Shown: positions 44,877 through 54,741, counted from the first letter of the stretch. The stretch is 64,000 nucleotides of DNA from Pseudohongiellaceae bacterium (GCA_051008235.1 JBPCXV010000117.1:4197-68196); one strand, 5' to 3'. A program made the numbers and translations. The notes: a model not told the origin generated them from the sequence alone.

Positions 44877-47606
44877 TCACCGCGTTCGTTCCGGCGGAAT
44901 ATCCGGGTTGAAACCCTGAATCTGGTCGCCCAGCAGCCTGCTTAGTCCGCCGCCGGCGAGGTCGCCGAGGCCGTGCAGAGTGAATTGGACAAAAAATCCG
45001 CGCCTGGGTTCAATACCGGAAGTGAACAGTTGATTTCTGTCAACCCATTCCCGTCCTATTACCCGAATGGTGGCGCAACAGTTTTTGTATTCAACGCCGG
45101 CGAAGCCTTCAAGGGTTCGGTGGTTGCTGTGGTCGTAGTTCCAGCGAGCCAGCACGCGCCAGCTGGCGGTCAGAGGCCAGGCCATGGAGACATCGGTTTG
45201 CCGGATGCGTTCATCCATCTCGGCAGCAGCGTCGCCGGATTGAGCATCTGCAGAGGTAAGCGGGATGTGTGCAAGATTGTTGCCAGTGCTTGTTGCAGGC
45301 GGGATGTTGATGAACGATGCGCGGTGTGCCGGTGTGTGATGGCGATAGGCCAGATTAAACAATCGGTCGGCATCCCGTTGATAACGAAGCTGGAAGCTAC
45401 CTTCATCCGCTTTTCTGTTGTCCTGATTCCACTGCACATCGCCGCTCAGGCGCCAGTGCCGACCCGGCTGCCAGACTAACTCGCCCACCAGTGCAGACTC
45501 ACCGGCCAGCGGCGAATAGCGGGATGGCTGGAGTAACAGGGAGTTGTTCAGGCTCACCCGACGGTCTTCAAAATAGCGAATCTGACCCAGGCTGAAACGT
45601 GCCTGTTCTCGCCCCGCGTTATTGAGCAGACGAGTGCTAAGTGCCACGCTGAGTTGTTTGGCATCGCCAATGCGGTCGCCGCCGGCGAAGCGGTCATCAC
45701 GGAAGAGCTGGTTGAAACTGAAGTTGAGCTCGGCGGTGTCAAACAGAGGTAGCAGGCTTTGGTCTTCATATTCGCTGTGCAGATAAAAGATTCGCGGTTC
45801 CAGCGTTTGTCTGCCACCACCGCGACGAGTGCGTTCAAATATCAGCCCGGCATCGGCGCTATAGACGGCTGCTCCGATGTTTGGATTGTCCCTAGTCATT
45901 GCCGGTTGTTGCTTCAGCTTGTATGCGGTGTGCTTGTAGCTTGCGCGGGAGCGCAGGAACCAGCCGGGAGTTTCCGCCGACCATGCCAGAAAAGGTTGCA
46001 CATTAAGCCGCCGCCCGGTGACATTAATACCGGCAACATTAGCAAGAGACAAGTTGGCCGGGGGTTGCCCTGGCACACTCAGTTCATCCAGTTCCCGGTC
46101 AAAGATGCTGTACTGTCCGGACAGCCCCAACTGAAAGCCGCCCGGCAGCTTTGTATTAGTGTGCAGATGGAGTTGTGGCAAACGGTCGTAAGGTTTGTTC
46201 GCGGCGGCTTCCAGTGTGCTGGCGTAAAGCAAGGGGTCAATAACTTGCACCCGTTGCACATTCACGCCAACACTCAGCCAGGATGTGTTGAAGTCAAGCC
46301 GAGCCTGGCGGTTCAAATGTGTTTGGCTGGCCACATTGAGACCACTACTGCCGAGGTCGTGGAAATAGTTTGTATCGCTGACTGCGTTGTAATCCACAAA
46401 TGTGCTCCAGTTACTACCCAGAGTGCCGGTGTGTTGATAATCAATGAGCCAGCGTTTGCTGATATGCTGTTCCGAGCCGGGCGGCTGATTAGTATCAATC
46501 TGATTAGTGTTACCTGCATCCATTGTGATTGTGTTGCCGATGTCATACAACTTGTCGTTATCCATATAAGTCATGTTAACTGTGTTCATTGACCAGCTTG
46601 CCAGATAACGAAACTCAGTGCTGGTGAGCACGCCACGGTCGGAAATCAAACGCGGCGACAAAGTGGCATCGTAATGCGGCGCCAAATTGAAGTAGTAGGG
46701 CAGCTCAAAATCAAAGCCACCGCTACGGGTGGAACCAATGCTTGGCGGCAGGAGGCCGGAGAGCCGCTGGTTACCTAGAGGAAAGGGCAGGGTGCCAGGG
46801 TAATAAAAAACGGGCACATCCCCCACTCGCAAACTCGGAGCAGTGGCGTAAGCCCGACCCGTGGCCTGATTCAGCACAATTGAACGAGCCCGCAACTGCC
46901 AGAACTCGCGCCCCGGTTCGCAACGGCTGTACGCACCGTTATCAATGCTCACCCGGCCGGACTCGCTGTTATAAATTATACTGGCTGCCTCGCCGTGAAT
47001 ACTGTAGTTGTGCAACACATAACGAACCTTATCCACCTGATTGATGCCGGCAGCATTATCAACCCGAGCCGCGCTGCCTTCAAGCAACAGCCCCGGTTCG
47101 CGCACCATCACATTACCTTCCAGCGATACTGTGTCGTTGTTGCTATCAATACTGGTTTGATTATCGTTACGAATAATGCGGCTGCCCTGAATGACGGTGA
47201 TGTCGCCATCCACCATAAATTGCCCCGGCCCCAACTGACTCAAGCCACCGGGAGCGTCAATCTGAATATCCGGGTTGTCCGGCACCGCCAATTCCGGTGT
47301 GGCAAGGGGATCAATAAAGGCACCACAGCAGTTGGCGGGCAGTGCCTCCTGCTCGGCGACAGTCATCTCTTCACGGGGCACCCAGTCCAGCGGATAAACC
47401 GGTCGCGACTCCAATAGCGCCGCCGCCGTGAGCGGCTCGGCTACATCCTCTGATTCATCAGTAGTTTGAGCCGATAAGCCCGATGACAGGCAACTGCCAA
47501 CCAGAGCAAGCACCATGCTGAAATGAAATGGCCGCTTCAAGGCGCAACCCATAAAAATCATATTCATAGTTGAGAGTAACCTGTGGCTTGGTATCATTAC
47601 CACCAT
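44877..47606 (-). CDS. lptD: LPS-assembly outer membrane protein LptD
   Basis: ~900-aa beta-barrel protein upstream of surA, with an OstA-like N-domain. The start is uncertain: 47606, or the ATG at 47567. Confidence 0.88.
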   Translation of the reverse strand: MVVMIPSHRLLSTMNMIFMGCALKRPFHFSMVLALVGSCLSSGLSAQTTDESEDVAEPLTAAALLESRPVYPLDWVPREEMTVAEQEALPANCCGAFIDPLATPELAVPDNPDIQIDAPGGLSQLGPGQFMVDGDITVIQGSRIIRNDNQTSIDSNNDTVSLEGNVMVREPGLLLEGSAARVDNAAGINQVDKVRYVLHNYSIHGEAASIIYNSESGRVSIDNGAYSRCEPGREFWQLRARSIVLNQATGRAYATAPSLRVGDVPVFYYPGTLPFPLGNQRLSGLLPPSIGSTRSGGFDFELPYYFNLAPHYDATLSPRLISDRGVLTSTEFRYLASWSMNTVNMTYMDNDKLYDIGNTITMDAGNTNQIDTNQPPGSEQHISKRWLIDYQHTGTLGSNWSTFVDYNAVSDTNYFHDLGSSGLNVASQTHLNRQARLDFNTSWLSVGVNVQRVQVIDPLLYASTLEAAANKPYDRLPQLHLHTNTKLPGGFQLGLSGQYSIFDRELDELSVPGQPPANLSLANVAGINVTGRRLNVQPFLAWSAETPGWFLRSRASYKHTAYKLKQQPAMTRDNPNIGAAVYSADAGLIFERTRRGGGRQTLEPRIFYLHSEYEDQSLLPLFDTAELNFSFNQLFRDDRFAGGDRIGDAKQLSVALSTRLLNNAGREQARFSLGQIRYFEDRRVSLNNSLLLQPSRYSPLAGESALVGELVWQPGRHWRLSGDVQWNQDNRKADEGSFQLRYQRDADRLFNLAYRHHTPAHRASFINIPPATSTGNNLAHIPLTSADAQSGDAAAEMDERIRQTDVSMAWPLTASWRVLARWNYDHSNHRTLEGFAGVEYKNCCATIRVIGREWVDRNQLFTSGIEPRRGFFVQFTLHGLGDLAGGGLSRLLGDQIQGFNPDIPPERTR

Positions 47607-47624
47607 GATTGTAACTGACCTTTG

Positions 47625-47684
47625 GGGCTAACTCGTGGGCTAACTCGTGGGCTGACTCGTAGGCTAAGCCGTGAACTAATCCAT
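47625..47684. repeat. Decaying 12-bp tandem repeat in the lptD/amgK divergent spacer
   Basis: gggctaactcgt gggctaactcgt gggctgactcgt aggctaagccgt gaactaatccat. Confidence 0.8.
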
Positions 47685-47699
47685 AACTGTAACAAGACT

Positions 47700-48794
47700 A
47701 TGACCGATATCCGTCTCAATCAACTCCGCGACTGGTGCCACACCCAACTGGCGCAACTGGAGCAACTAGAGCAACCACACGATGCGGCCAATCCGGCACC
47801 ATTGGAAGCAGTCAGTGGCGATGCCAGTTTCCGGCGTTATTTCCGGGTGCGTGGCGATGGCTGGCATTATATCGCCGTGGACGCCCCGCCGCAGAATGAG
47901 AACAGCGCCCCTTTCATACACATCGCCAAACTGTTTGCCACCGCCGGTGTGCACACCCCCGCCGTAATCGCCACAGACGCGAAGGCCGGGTTTATGTTAC
48001 TGGAAGACCTTGGCGATGCCCTCTACTTGCCTGCACTACTGGCTTGTCAAACGGAAGCCAACCATGATGAAGCAAGCACACTATATCAGCAAGCGATTGA
48101 TGCACTACTACGCATCCAAACCGGAGTGCCCGGCGAAAGCCTGAACCCGTATAGCCGGGAGGAACTCAGAAGTGAACTGGAATTGTTCCCGGAATGGTTC
48201 TGCCACGCCCTCCTCAAAGTAACACCGAATAAAAGCGAACGCCGTATGCTGGATGAAGTGTTCACCTTCCTTGAAGATGCGGCTCTGGCACAACCCCAGG
48301 TGGCCGTTCATCGGGATTACCATTCCCGTAACCTGTTCCTGCCCGTAGCGGATACGGGAATGCCCGGCATAATTGATTTCCAGGATGCGGTAACCGGAGC
48401 CTACACTTATGACCTGGTATCCCTGTTGCGAGATTGCTACATTCGCTGGGATGAATCCCTGATGTGGCACTGGGCGGAATATTATTTCAAACAGGCCACG
48501 GCACTAAAAATTGTACCGCCCGCCCGCGCCACCGAATTCCGCCGCGACTTTGACCTGATGGGTCTGCAACGCCATCTTAAAGTGCTGGGCATCTTCGCCC
48601 GCCTGCATATCCGCGACAACAAACCGGACTATCTGGCCGATATGCCTTTGGTGATGAACTATTTTCTTGATGTGGCTCGCCGGCACGCTCTATCTCAGCC
48701 GCCGCAGCCCCAGCTACAGGCGCTGTTAAGTTGGTTTGAAGAAACATTGCTGCCAGCAACCCACCCCCATTTCAAACATCTCACGGAAAACTAA
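47700..48794 (+). CDS. amgK: N-acetylmuramate/N-acetylglucosamine kinase (aminoglycoside phosphotransferase fold)
   Basis: APH-like motifs (ASFRRYFRV, HRDYHSRNL, IIDFQDA). It is divergent from lptD and followed by murU, as in Pseudomonas. The ATG at 47700 is preferred. Confidence 0.75.
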   Translation: MTDIRLNQLRDWCHTQLAQLEQLEQPHDAANPAPLEAVSGDASFRRYFRVRGDGWHYIAVDAPPQNENSAPFIHIAKLFATAGVHTPAVIATDAKAGFMLLEDLGDALYLPALLACQTEANHDEASTLYQQAIDALLRIQTGVPGESLNPYSREELRSELELFPEWFCHALLKVTPNKSERRMLDEVFTFLEDAALAQPQVAVHRDYHSRNLFLPVADTGMPGIIDFQDAVTGAYTYDLVSLLRDCYIRWDESLMWHWAEYYFKQATALKIVPPARATEFRRDFDLMGLQRHLKVLGIFARLHIRDNKPDYLADMPLVMNYFLDVARRHALSQPPQPQLQALLSWFEETLLPATHPHFKHLTEN

Positions 48795-49507
48795 TGCAAG
48801 CACTAATACTCGCAGCCGGTTTGGGCAAACGTATGCGCCCGCTAACCGATGACTTGCCCAAGCCACTGTTACAGGTAGGCGGCAAGGCACTAATAGAACA
48901 CCAGATTGAGCGGCTGGTGGCGGCCGGTGTCAGCGATATTGTCATCAATCTCTTTCACCTGGGACATAAAATTCAACAAGCCCTCGGCGACGGTTCCCGC
49001 TACGGCGCACACATTCGTTATTCCCAAGAAGACATCCCTATGGAAACCGCCGGCGGCATTATCAAAGCAATGCCCTTGCTTGCATCCGATTGCTTCATCG
49101 TCGCCAACGCCGATGTCTGGACTGACTTTGATTACGCCAGACTGAAGGCCATCACCAACAAAGATTGCCTGGGTCATCTCGTTCTGGTTAGAGATGCGGA
49201 ACACAATCCACAAGGCGACTTCTATCTTGACTCAAACGGAAGAGTTCACACCGCGCCACCTTCTTCACCCTCATCAACCCCCGAAACAAAAAACCAGCAA
49301 GACCCCCAACACCAGCGCTTAACATTCACCGGCATCAGCGTCCTGCACAAAAACCTGTTCCACGGTCTGCCAGTCCGGCCGTGCCCGGTGGTGCCACTAC
49401 TGCAAGAAGCAATGCAACGCAGCCTCATCACCGGAGAACTCCACACCGGCCGCTGGATGGACATAGGCACCCCGGAACGCCTCAAGAAAGCCAACGCCAT
49501 GCTTTAA
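48794..49507 (+). CDS. murU: N-acetylmuramate alpha-1-phosphate uridylyltransferase
   Basis: Nucleotidyltransferase N-terminus ILAAGLGKRMRPLTDDLPKPLL. It follows amgK with an overlapping stop/start and carries a Pro/Ser/Gln-rich insertion. Confidence 0.78.
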   Translation: MQALILAAGLGKRMRPLTDDLPKPLLQVGGKALIEHQIERLVAAGVSDIVINLFHLGHKIQQALGDGSRYGAHIRYSQEDIPMETAGGIIKAMPLLASDCFIVANADVWTDFDYARLKAITNKDCLGHLVLVRDAEHNPQGDFYLDSNGRVHTAPPSSPSSTPETKNQQDPQHQRLTFTGISVLHKNLFHGLPVRPCPVVPLLQEAMQRSLITGELHTGRWMDIGTPERLKKANAML

Positions 49508-49722
49508 ATGCGCATAGACAATAAATGTGCATAGAAGCGGTTTTAAATGCGCATAGAGCTATTTTAACGGCTCACAGGGAAGAAAAGCCCACATATAACT
49601 AATTGATATTAAAAAGAAAAACTCGCTCAATCAAACACAAAGAGACAAATCGCACAGCAAGGCAATCTACCATGCACATCAAGCTTGTTTAAATGCGCAT
49701 AGAAGGGTAAACTGCGCATAGC
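49505..49722. repeat. Five copies of a 14-bp motif TAAA(T/C)G(C/T)GCATAG(A/C) flanking an AT-rich stretch
   Basis: Copies are at 49505, 49522, 49544, 49690 and 49708. The core ATGCGCAT is an 8-bp palindrome. They lie between the murU stop and the Fic gene start. Confidence 0.8.
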
Positions 49723-49801
49723 ACTTGGCACGGAACCAGCCTCCAGCCCCGTCATACGCACGATACACGCACCATCCACCTTTGCAAGCGAGAACCCGAA
49801 C

Positions 49802-51214
49802 ATGGCAAAACCTGTACCCGAAGAAGCCCTGGCAACCATTGAACTGCTGGTGGCTGCCCACCCCGGTGGAATCAGTTATCAGGATATCCAGGACCAGCTG
49901 CAACCGCCCCTGCCCAGACGCACGCTACAGTCTCACCTGAAGCGCCTCGTCGGCGCGGGTCGGCTGGTAATGGATGGTGAAAAACGCTGGGCTCAATATC
50001 GGATGCCTGCCGTTCAAGTGGCATACACAGGTAAAAGCAGAACCGAGAAAGAACCTGCAACCCCATTGCAACTCTCAAAAAGTGCCATTGAAATTCAAAA
50101 CTATGTAAGGCAACCCATGGCAGAAAGGACACCGGTGTCTTACAAGCGCGAGTTTCTGGATGCCTACAAACCGAATACAGATGCCTGGTTTTCCGATAAG
50201 GAATGCACCCATCTCCAGCAAATCGGTATGTTGACCACGGCGGAACAACCCGCCGGAACCTTCGCCCGACAAATACTTGACCGACTGCTTATTGATTTGT
50301 CATGGAACTCCAGCCGTCTGGAAGGTAACACCTACTCCCTGCTTGAAACGAGACGTCTGATTGAATTCAGCGAAGAAACTGCGGGGAAAGGGAAAACAGC
50401 GGCGCAAATGATTCTTAACCACAAGGATGCCATAGAGTTTCTCGTCGAATCCGCCGAGCAGATTAACCTGAACCGCCATACCATCCTGAACCTGCACGCA
50501 CTGCTGGCGGACAACCTGCTGGATAATTCCAGGGCAGTTGGCGACCTGCGTCGGATTATGGTGGAAATTGGAATGTCCACATATCATCCCTCGGCAGTTC
50601 CACAATTCATTGATGAATGTTTCAATCAAGTTTTGACCACAGCGTCCGCAATCACCAACCCTTTTGAGCAAGCACTCTTCGCACTGGCGCAACTGCCCTA
50701 CCTGCAACCCTTTGAGGATGTGAATAAACGAGTCTCACGCCTGGCCGCAAACATACCCCTGATAAAAGCGAACCTGATTCCGCTCTCATTCACCCGTATG
50801 CCAACCAGAATCTATACGGAAGCCATGTTAGGCGTGTATGAAATGAACCGGATTGACCTGCTCAAAGAGGTTTTTATCTGGGCTTACGAACTTTCCGCCG
50901 AACACTATAAGGTAGTTCGGCAAACACTCGGCGAGGCCGACCCGTTTCGCCTGAAACATCGCAACGCCCTGAAGGAAATTGTCAACACCATCGTAATTGA
51001 ACGCCTGAACAGAAAAAGCACCTATGCTCGTATTGCCGAATTTGCCGAGCAACACATTGGAGCGGATGAGGTGGAGCAATTCAGGGAAGTCACCGAAGAT
51101 GAAGTGTTGGCACTGCATGAGGGGAATTACGCCCGTTATCAGGTAACGCTGGCCAAGTTTCAAGCCTGGCAAACGGTATGGAACAACAAGCCCGACACAC
51201 CGCCGCCCAAGTGA
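49802..51214 (+). CDS. Fic-family protein with an N-terminal winged-helix domain and a degenerate Fic motif
   Basis: wHTH-like LQSHLKRLVGAGRLVMDGEKRWAQY. The Fic core region reads YLQPFEDVNKRVSRL where canonical Fic proteins have HPFxDGNGRxxR. Confidence 0.65.
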   Translation: MAKPVPEEALATIELLVAAHPGGISYQDIQDQLQPPLPRRTLQSHLKRLVGAGRLVMDGEKRWAQYRMPAVQVAYTGKSRTEKEPATPLQLSKSAIEIQNYVRQPMAERTPVSYKREFLDAYKPNTDAWFSDKECTHLQQIGMLTTAEQPAGTFARQILDRLLIDLSWNSSRLEGNTYSLLETRRLIEFSEETAGKGKTAAQMILNHKDAIEFLVESAEQINLNRHTILNLHALLADNLLDNSRAVGDLRRIMVEIGMSTYHPSAVPQFIDECFNQVLTTASAITNPFEQALFALAQLPYLQPFEDVNKRVSRLAANIPLIKANLIPLSFTRMPTRIYTEAMLGVYEMNRIDLLKEVFIWAYELSAEHYKVVRQTLGEADPFRLKHRNALKEIVNTIVIERLNRKSTYARIAEFAEQHIGADEVEQFREVTEDEVLALHEGNYARYQVTLAKFQAWQTVWNNKPDTPPPK

Positions 51215-51318
51215 TATTATTGAATTTGATACCCCAAAGGGGTATCATCAGCAATACATGCGATAACCCTGCTTCGTCGGGAATTACATACTTAACACAC
51301 TCAACTGGAGAGTATATT

Positions 51319-51873
51319 ATGAGTAATTTGGTGAAATGCAGGGACTGCGAGAATGAAGTTTCGCCAAGAGCGAAAGTGTGCCCTCATTGCGGGCTGAAGA
51401 AACCACAGCCATTGCCACCACAGCCAAAAGTATCGGAAGTTATCGGTGGATTAGTGGTGTTAGTGGTGTTAGGATTGTTTGTATGGTGGGCTATCATACC
51501 CACAGAGGAGGAACGTGAAGAGGCAGAAGCCGAACGGGTTGCAACAAGAACCCCTTGCGAGAAAGACTGGCGTGATTGTGTCACTGTTTCTCAATTCAAG
51601 AGGGAAAATAATTTGTGGTTTGAATATGTGGCAAGATGCAAGAGGACGGCAGAAAGCCAAGCCAAATATGGCGATGTGGATTGGGGTGGCTGGTTCACGC
51701 CAAATTTTGATTATTACGGAACCAGTAGCGATATTCAGTCTGGAGTGATTACCCTCATAGACAATGTGGCTCAATATCAAAACGTGTTCGGCGGGAGGGT
51801 TAAAGCTCAAACTGACTGCACTGTCAACCTTAATACCGGCTCACTGGTTGATATTAAGATTGGTGGATATTGA
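51319..51873 (+). CDS. Zinc-ribbon membrane-anchored protein of unknown function
   Basis: CRDC-11 aa-CPHC ribbon, a Pro-rich linker, one TM (VIGGLVVLVVLGLFVWWAII) and an extracytoplasmic ~110-aa domain. The ATG at 51319 follows GGAGAG. Confidence 0.55.
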   Translation: MSNLVKCRDCENEVSPRAKVCPHCGLKKPQPLPPQPKVSEVIGGLVVLVVLGLFVWWAIIPTEEEREEAEAERVATRTPCEKDWRDCVTVSQFKRENNLWFEYVARCKRTAESQAKYGDVDWGGWFTPNFDYYGTSSDIQSGVITLIDNVAQYQNVFGGRVKAQTDCTVNLNTGSLVDIKIGGY

Positions 51874-52161
51874 ATTACCAAAAGCAATTTAACAAACGAG
51901 AAAACGACAAGAGAGCAGTGATGATTAACTTTTTAGCAAGAACTATAGGTGTTCTAATGGTGATGGCTCTGGCAATGTTTATCGGGTCGGTGATTATATA
52001 ATTCCCACTTCATCTCACATATATTGGGTCAGGACAATGGCATTGCAATATAAAATAAGTTACTGTAAATTTCTCGCTCGGGCCGATGATAAATATCTCT
52101 CCAGCCGTGACAATTCGCCTATACTGGCTGTTTGCCCTGTGTGATACCGGTTGATTAAATC

Positions 52162-54741
52162 ATGAGTAAGAATCATCATATCAAGCTATTTATAAGCTAT
52201 GCTCACGAAGATGGGGAGTATAAAAATCAATTTATAAAACACTTATCGCCCTTGAAAACAGAAGGGTTAATACAAGAGTGGCATGATGAAGAAATTAGCC
52301 CTGGCGAGGTTGTGGATGATGAAGTTTGGAAGCATTTTGCTGAATCAAGAATAATGGTTCCTTTAATAAGCCCTGATTACATTGCATCTGATTTTTGTTA
52401 CCTACAAGAACTTAATAAAGCATTGGAAGAAAAGAAAGAGAATAAAAAAGAAGTTGTTCCAATAATCATCAGGCATTGCTCATGGAAGGAAACAGCAATA
52501 AAAGAAATAAAAGTGATTCCAAAGGATGGAAAGCCAATATCTAAGTGGGAAGATGAAGATGCTGCTTGGGTGGATGTAATTAACGCAATAAAAAAGATAG
52601 TTAACAAAATTGAAAATTCTCAATGTGAGAATCATAAAAATAGGGACGATAAGTTGAATCTAAAAGATAGCTTCCGCCAATTTTTAAATGATACTGAAAT
52701 TCAATACGCACACAAAAATAAATCAAATTTAACTCTGAAGGATATTTTTATCTATCCAGATATCAGAAAATCTGAATTTGAACTTGAAAAACCAGATGTT
52801 ATTTTTAGCTCCAATCTACTATATGAGAGATTTTTAGAGACAAAGCTGTATATCATTAGAGGTGATGAACAGTCTGGTAAAACAACATTAATTAAAGTTT
52901 TATTTTCCAATTTAATTAAGAATGGATATTGCCCTATTTACCTAGAATGTGGTGAGATTAAATCGTCAAATTTTAAAAACGCAGTATCCAAACCATTAAA
53001 AAAGCAATATACAGATATGGATTTCAAGACCTACATAGAAAAAGAGAACAAAATTTTGTTTATTGATGATTTTCATGAAATAAGGCTGAACAAACAAGCA
53101 CAATCTAAGTTATTCGAACAAATCAGAGGCGCATTTAAGTTGAACCATATTTTTATAACAGTAGATAGCGACCATAAAATTTACGATGAAGAGTATGCGT
53201 ATCTCACTGATTTCCAACAAATTGAAATCTTACCATTTGGCCATGTATTAAGGGGAAAACTAGTTGATAAATGGAATAGTATTGGAGTGGAGGATACATT
53301 ATCTGATGACGAAAGACATATCGCTCATGATAAAATATGCGATCATATAGATTCTGTATTATCTAAAAATATCGTTCCACCAAGACCAATCTATATTTTG
53401 GCAATGCTACAGACTTTGGAAGCACTTCATCCAGACCAATATCAATTAACTTCTTACGGGCAGTGTTATCAGTACCTTATACTTCAAACTCTAGAAAGAG
53501 CAAACGTTAAAAGAACAAAGTTTGATTCCATCACAAACTTATTGACAGAATTAGCTTATTTCATGTTTTCTGAAGATGCGACATATCTTGACCCAACACA
53601 AATCAATCGATTCATTGAAGCTTATGATGGTAGCTATCTATTTAATAAGGAAGAAAACTATATTCAAAAATTAGTAGACTGTAACATTTTAAAAAATGAT
53701 TCTGGGAATATCCAATTTGGATACAAATATATATATTATTTCTACGTTGCCAAATACTTGGCGAATAATATAAATGATGATACTGTTCAACAGCATATAA
53801 ATAATTTCTGTGAAAAAATTCATCAAGAGAAATTTGCTAACATCCTCATTTTTATTACACACCATACCGATAATCAGTATGTATTTGACCAGATGCATCA
53901 GCACGTATCTGGTATTTTGGGGTCTCAATCGGAGGCGACATTAAGAAAAGATGAAATAGAGTTTTTAGAGAATTTTTTGTCAGATATTCCACAGCTTGTC
54001 ATTGAACAAAGGAATGTAGATGAAGAGAGGCATAAAACGCTACAAAGAAAAGATGATATTGAAAATAAAATGTCTGAACCTGAATTTGAAAATGAAATTG
54101 AGGAGGATACATTTCTTATTGAAGTTGTTCAATCGATAAAAAGTGTGGAAATCATTGGCCAAGTTTTAAAAAATAGGTATGGGTCACTAAAAAAACCCAG
54201 ATTGACGAAAATGTCTAACTCTGCTTTTTCCGTAGGCCTGAGATCTTTAAGCTTATTTATCAAATTGTCTGATTTCTTAAAAAACGACATTACCACATTA
54301 ATTTCAAAACAAATTAGTAAAAATACTAAAATGGATGATGATAAAATTGAAAGAGTAGCAAGAGGGCAATTTATGTATATGTGCTATGGAACTATTTATG
54401 CCGTCATCCAGAAAATATCCCAGTCTATAGGGGCAAAAGAATTAATAGAGATATTCAAGGGAATTGAAGAGGAAAAGAACACGCCTGCGGTCAGCCTAAT
54501 CATATTGTCTATTCTACTAAGGAGTAATATAAATTTTCCTAAACAGGAGGTAGAAAAATTGCTCCAAAAGTTTAAAAACGATAGATATGCCAAAAGGTTG
54601 CTGAAAGAGTTAATAGTTCAGCATTTATACCTAAGGTATGTTGAATATAAAGATATGCAGTGGATATCTAATAAATTGGAAATACCACTTCAAACACAGA
54701 AGCTTTTACAAGGGCAAAAATCACCAAAAGTTAGTGAATAA
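52162..54741 (+). CDS. TIR domain - P-loop NTPase (STAND-like) protein; candidate anti-phage defence gene
   Basis: N-terminal TIR (KLFISYAHEDGEY ... VPLISPDYIASDFCYLQEL, with the conserved Glu). Walker A RGDEQSGKTT and Walker B ILFIDDFHE are followed by a ~500-aa helical C-terminus. The gene is very AT-rich relative to its flanks. Confidence 0.75.
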   Translation: MSKNHHIKLFISYAHEDGEYKNQFIKHLSPLKTEGLIQEWHDEEISPGEVVDDEVWKHFAESRIMVPLISPDYIASDFCYLQELNKALEEKKENKKEVVPIIIRHCSWKETAIKEIKVIPKDGKPISKWEDEDAAWVDVINAIKKIVNKIENSQCENHKNRDDKLNLKDSFRQFLNDTEIQYAHKNKSNLTLKDIFIYPDIRKSEFELEKPDVIFSSNLLYERFLETKLYIIRGDEQSGKTTLIKVLFSNLIKNGYCPIYLECGEIKSSNFKNAVSKPLKKQYTDMDFKTYIEKENKILFIDDFHEIRLNKQAQSKLFEQIRGAFKLNHIFITVDSDHKIYDEEYAYLTDFQQIEILPFGHVLRGKLVDKWNSIGVEDTLSDDERHIAHDKICDHIDSVLSKNIVPPRPIYILAMLQTLEALHPDQYQLTSYGQCYQYLILQTLERANVKRTKFDSITNLLTELAYFMFSEDATYLDPTQINRFIEAYDGSYLFNKEENYIQKLVDCNILKNDSGNIQFGYKYIYYFYVAKYLANNINDDTVQQHINNFCEKIHQEKFANILIFITHHTDNQYVFDQMHQHVSGILGSQSEATLRKDEIEFLENFLSDIPQLVIEQRNVDEERHKTLQRKDDIENKMSEPEFENEIEEDTFLIEVVQSIKSVEIIGQVLKNRYGSLKKPRLTKMSNSAFSVGLRSLSLFIKLSDFLKNDITTLISKQISKNTKMDDDKIERVARGQFMYMCYGTIYAVIQKISQSIGAKELIEIFKGIEEEKNTPAVSLIILSILLRSNINFPKQEVEKLLQKFKNDRYAKRLLKELIVQHLYLRYVEYKDMQWISNKLEIPLQTQKLLQGQKSPKVSE

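Noticed and set aside
51921-52001. 26-aa hydrophobic ORF (MINFLARTIGVLMVMALAMFIGSVII), considered as a type I toxin-like small membrane peptide upstream of the TIR gene.
   Set aside because: It is only weakly supported: the purine-rich stretch upstream gives no clear RBS, and there is no visible antisense RNA promoter and no homology. It is mentioned within the island finding but not called as a feature.
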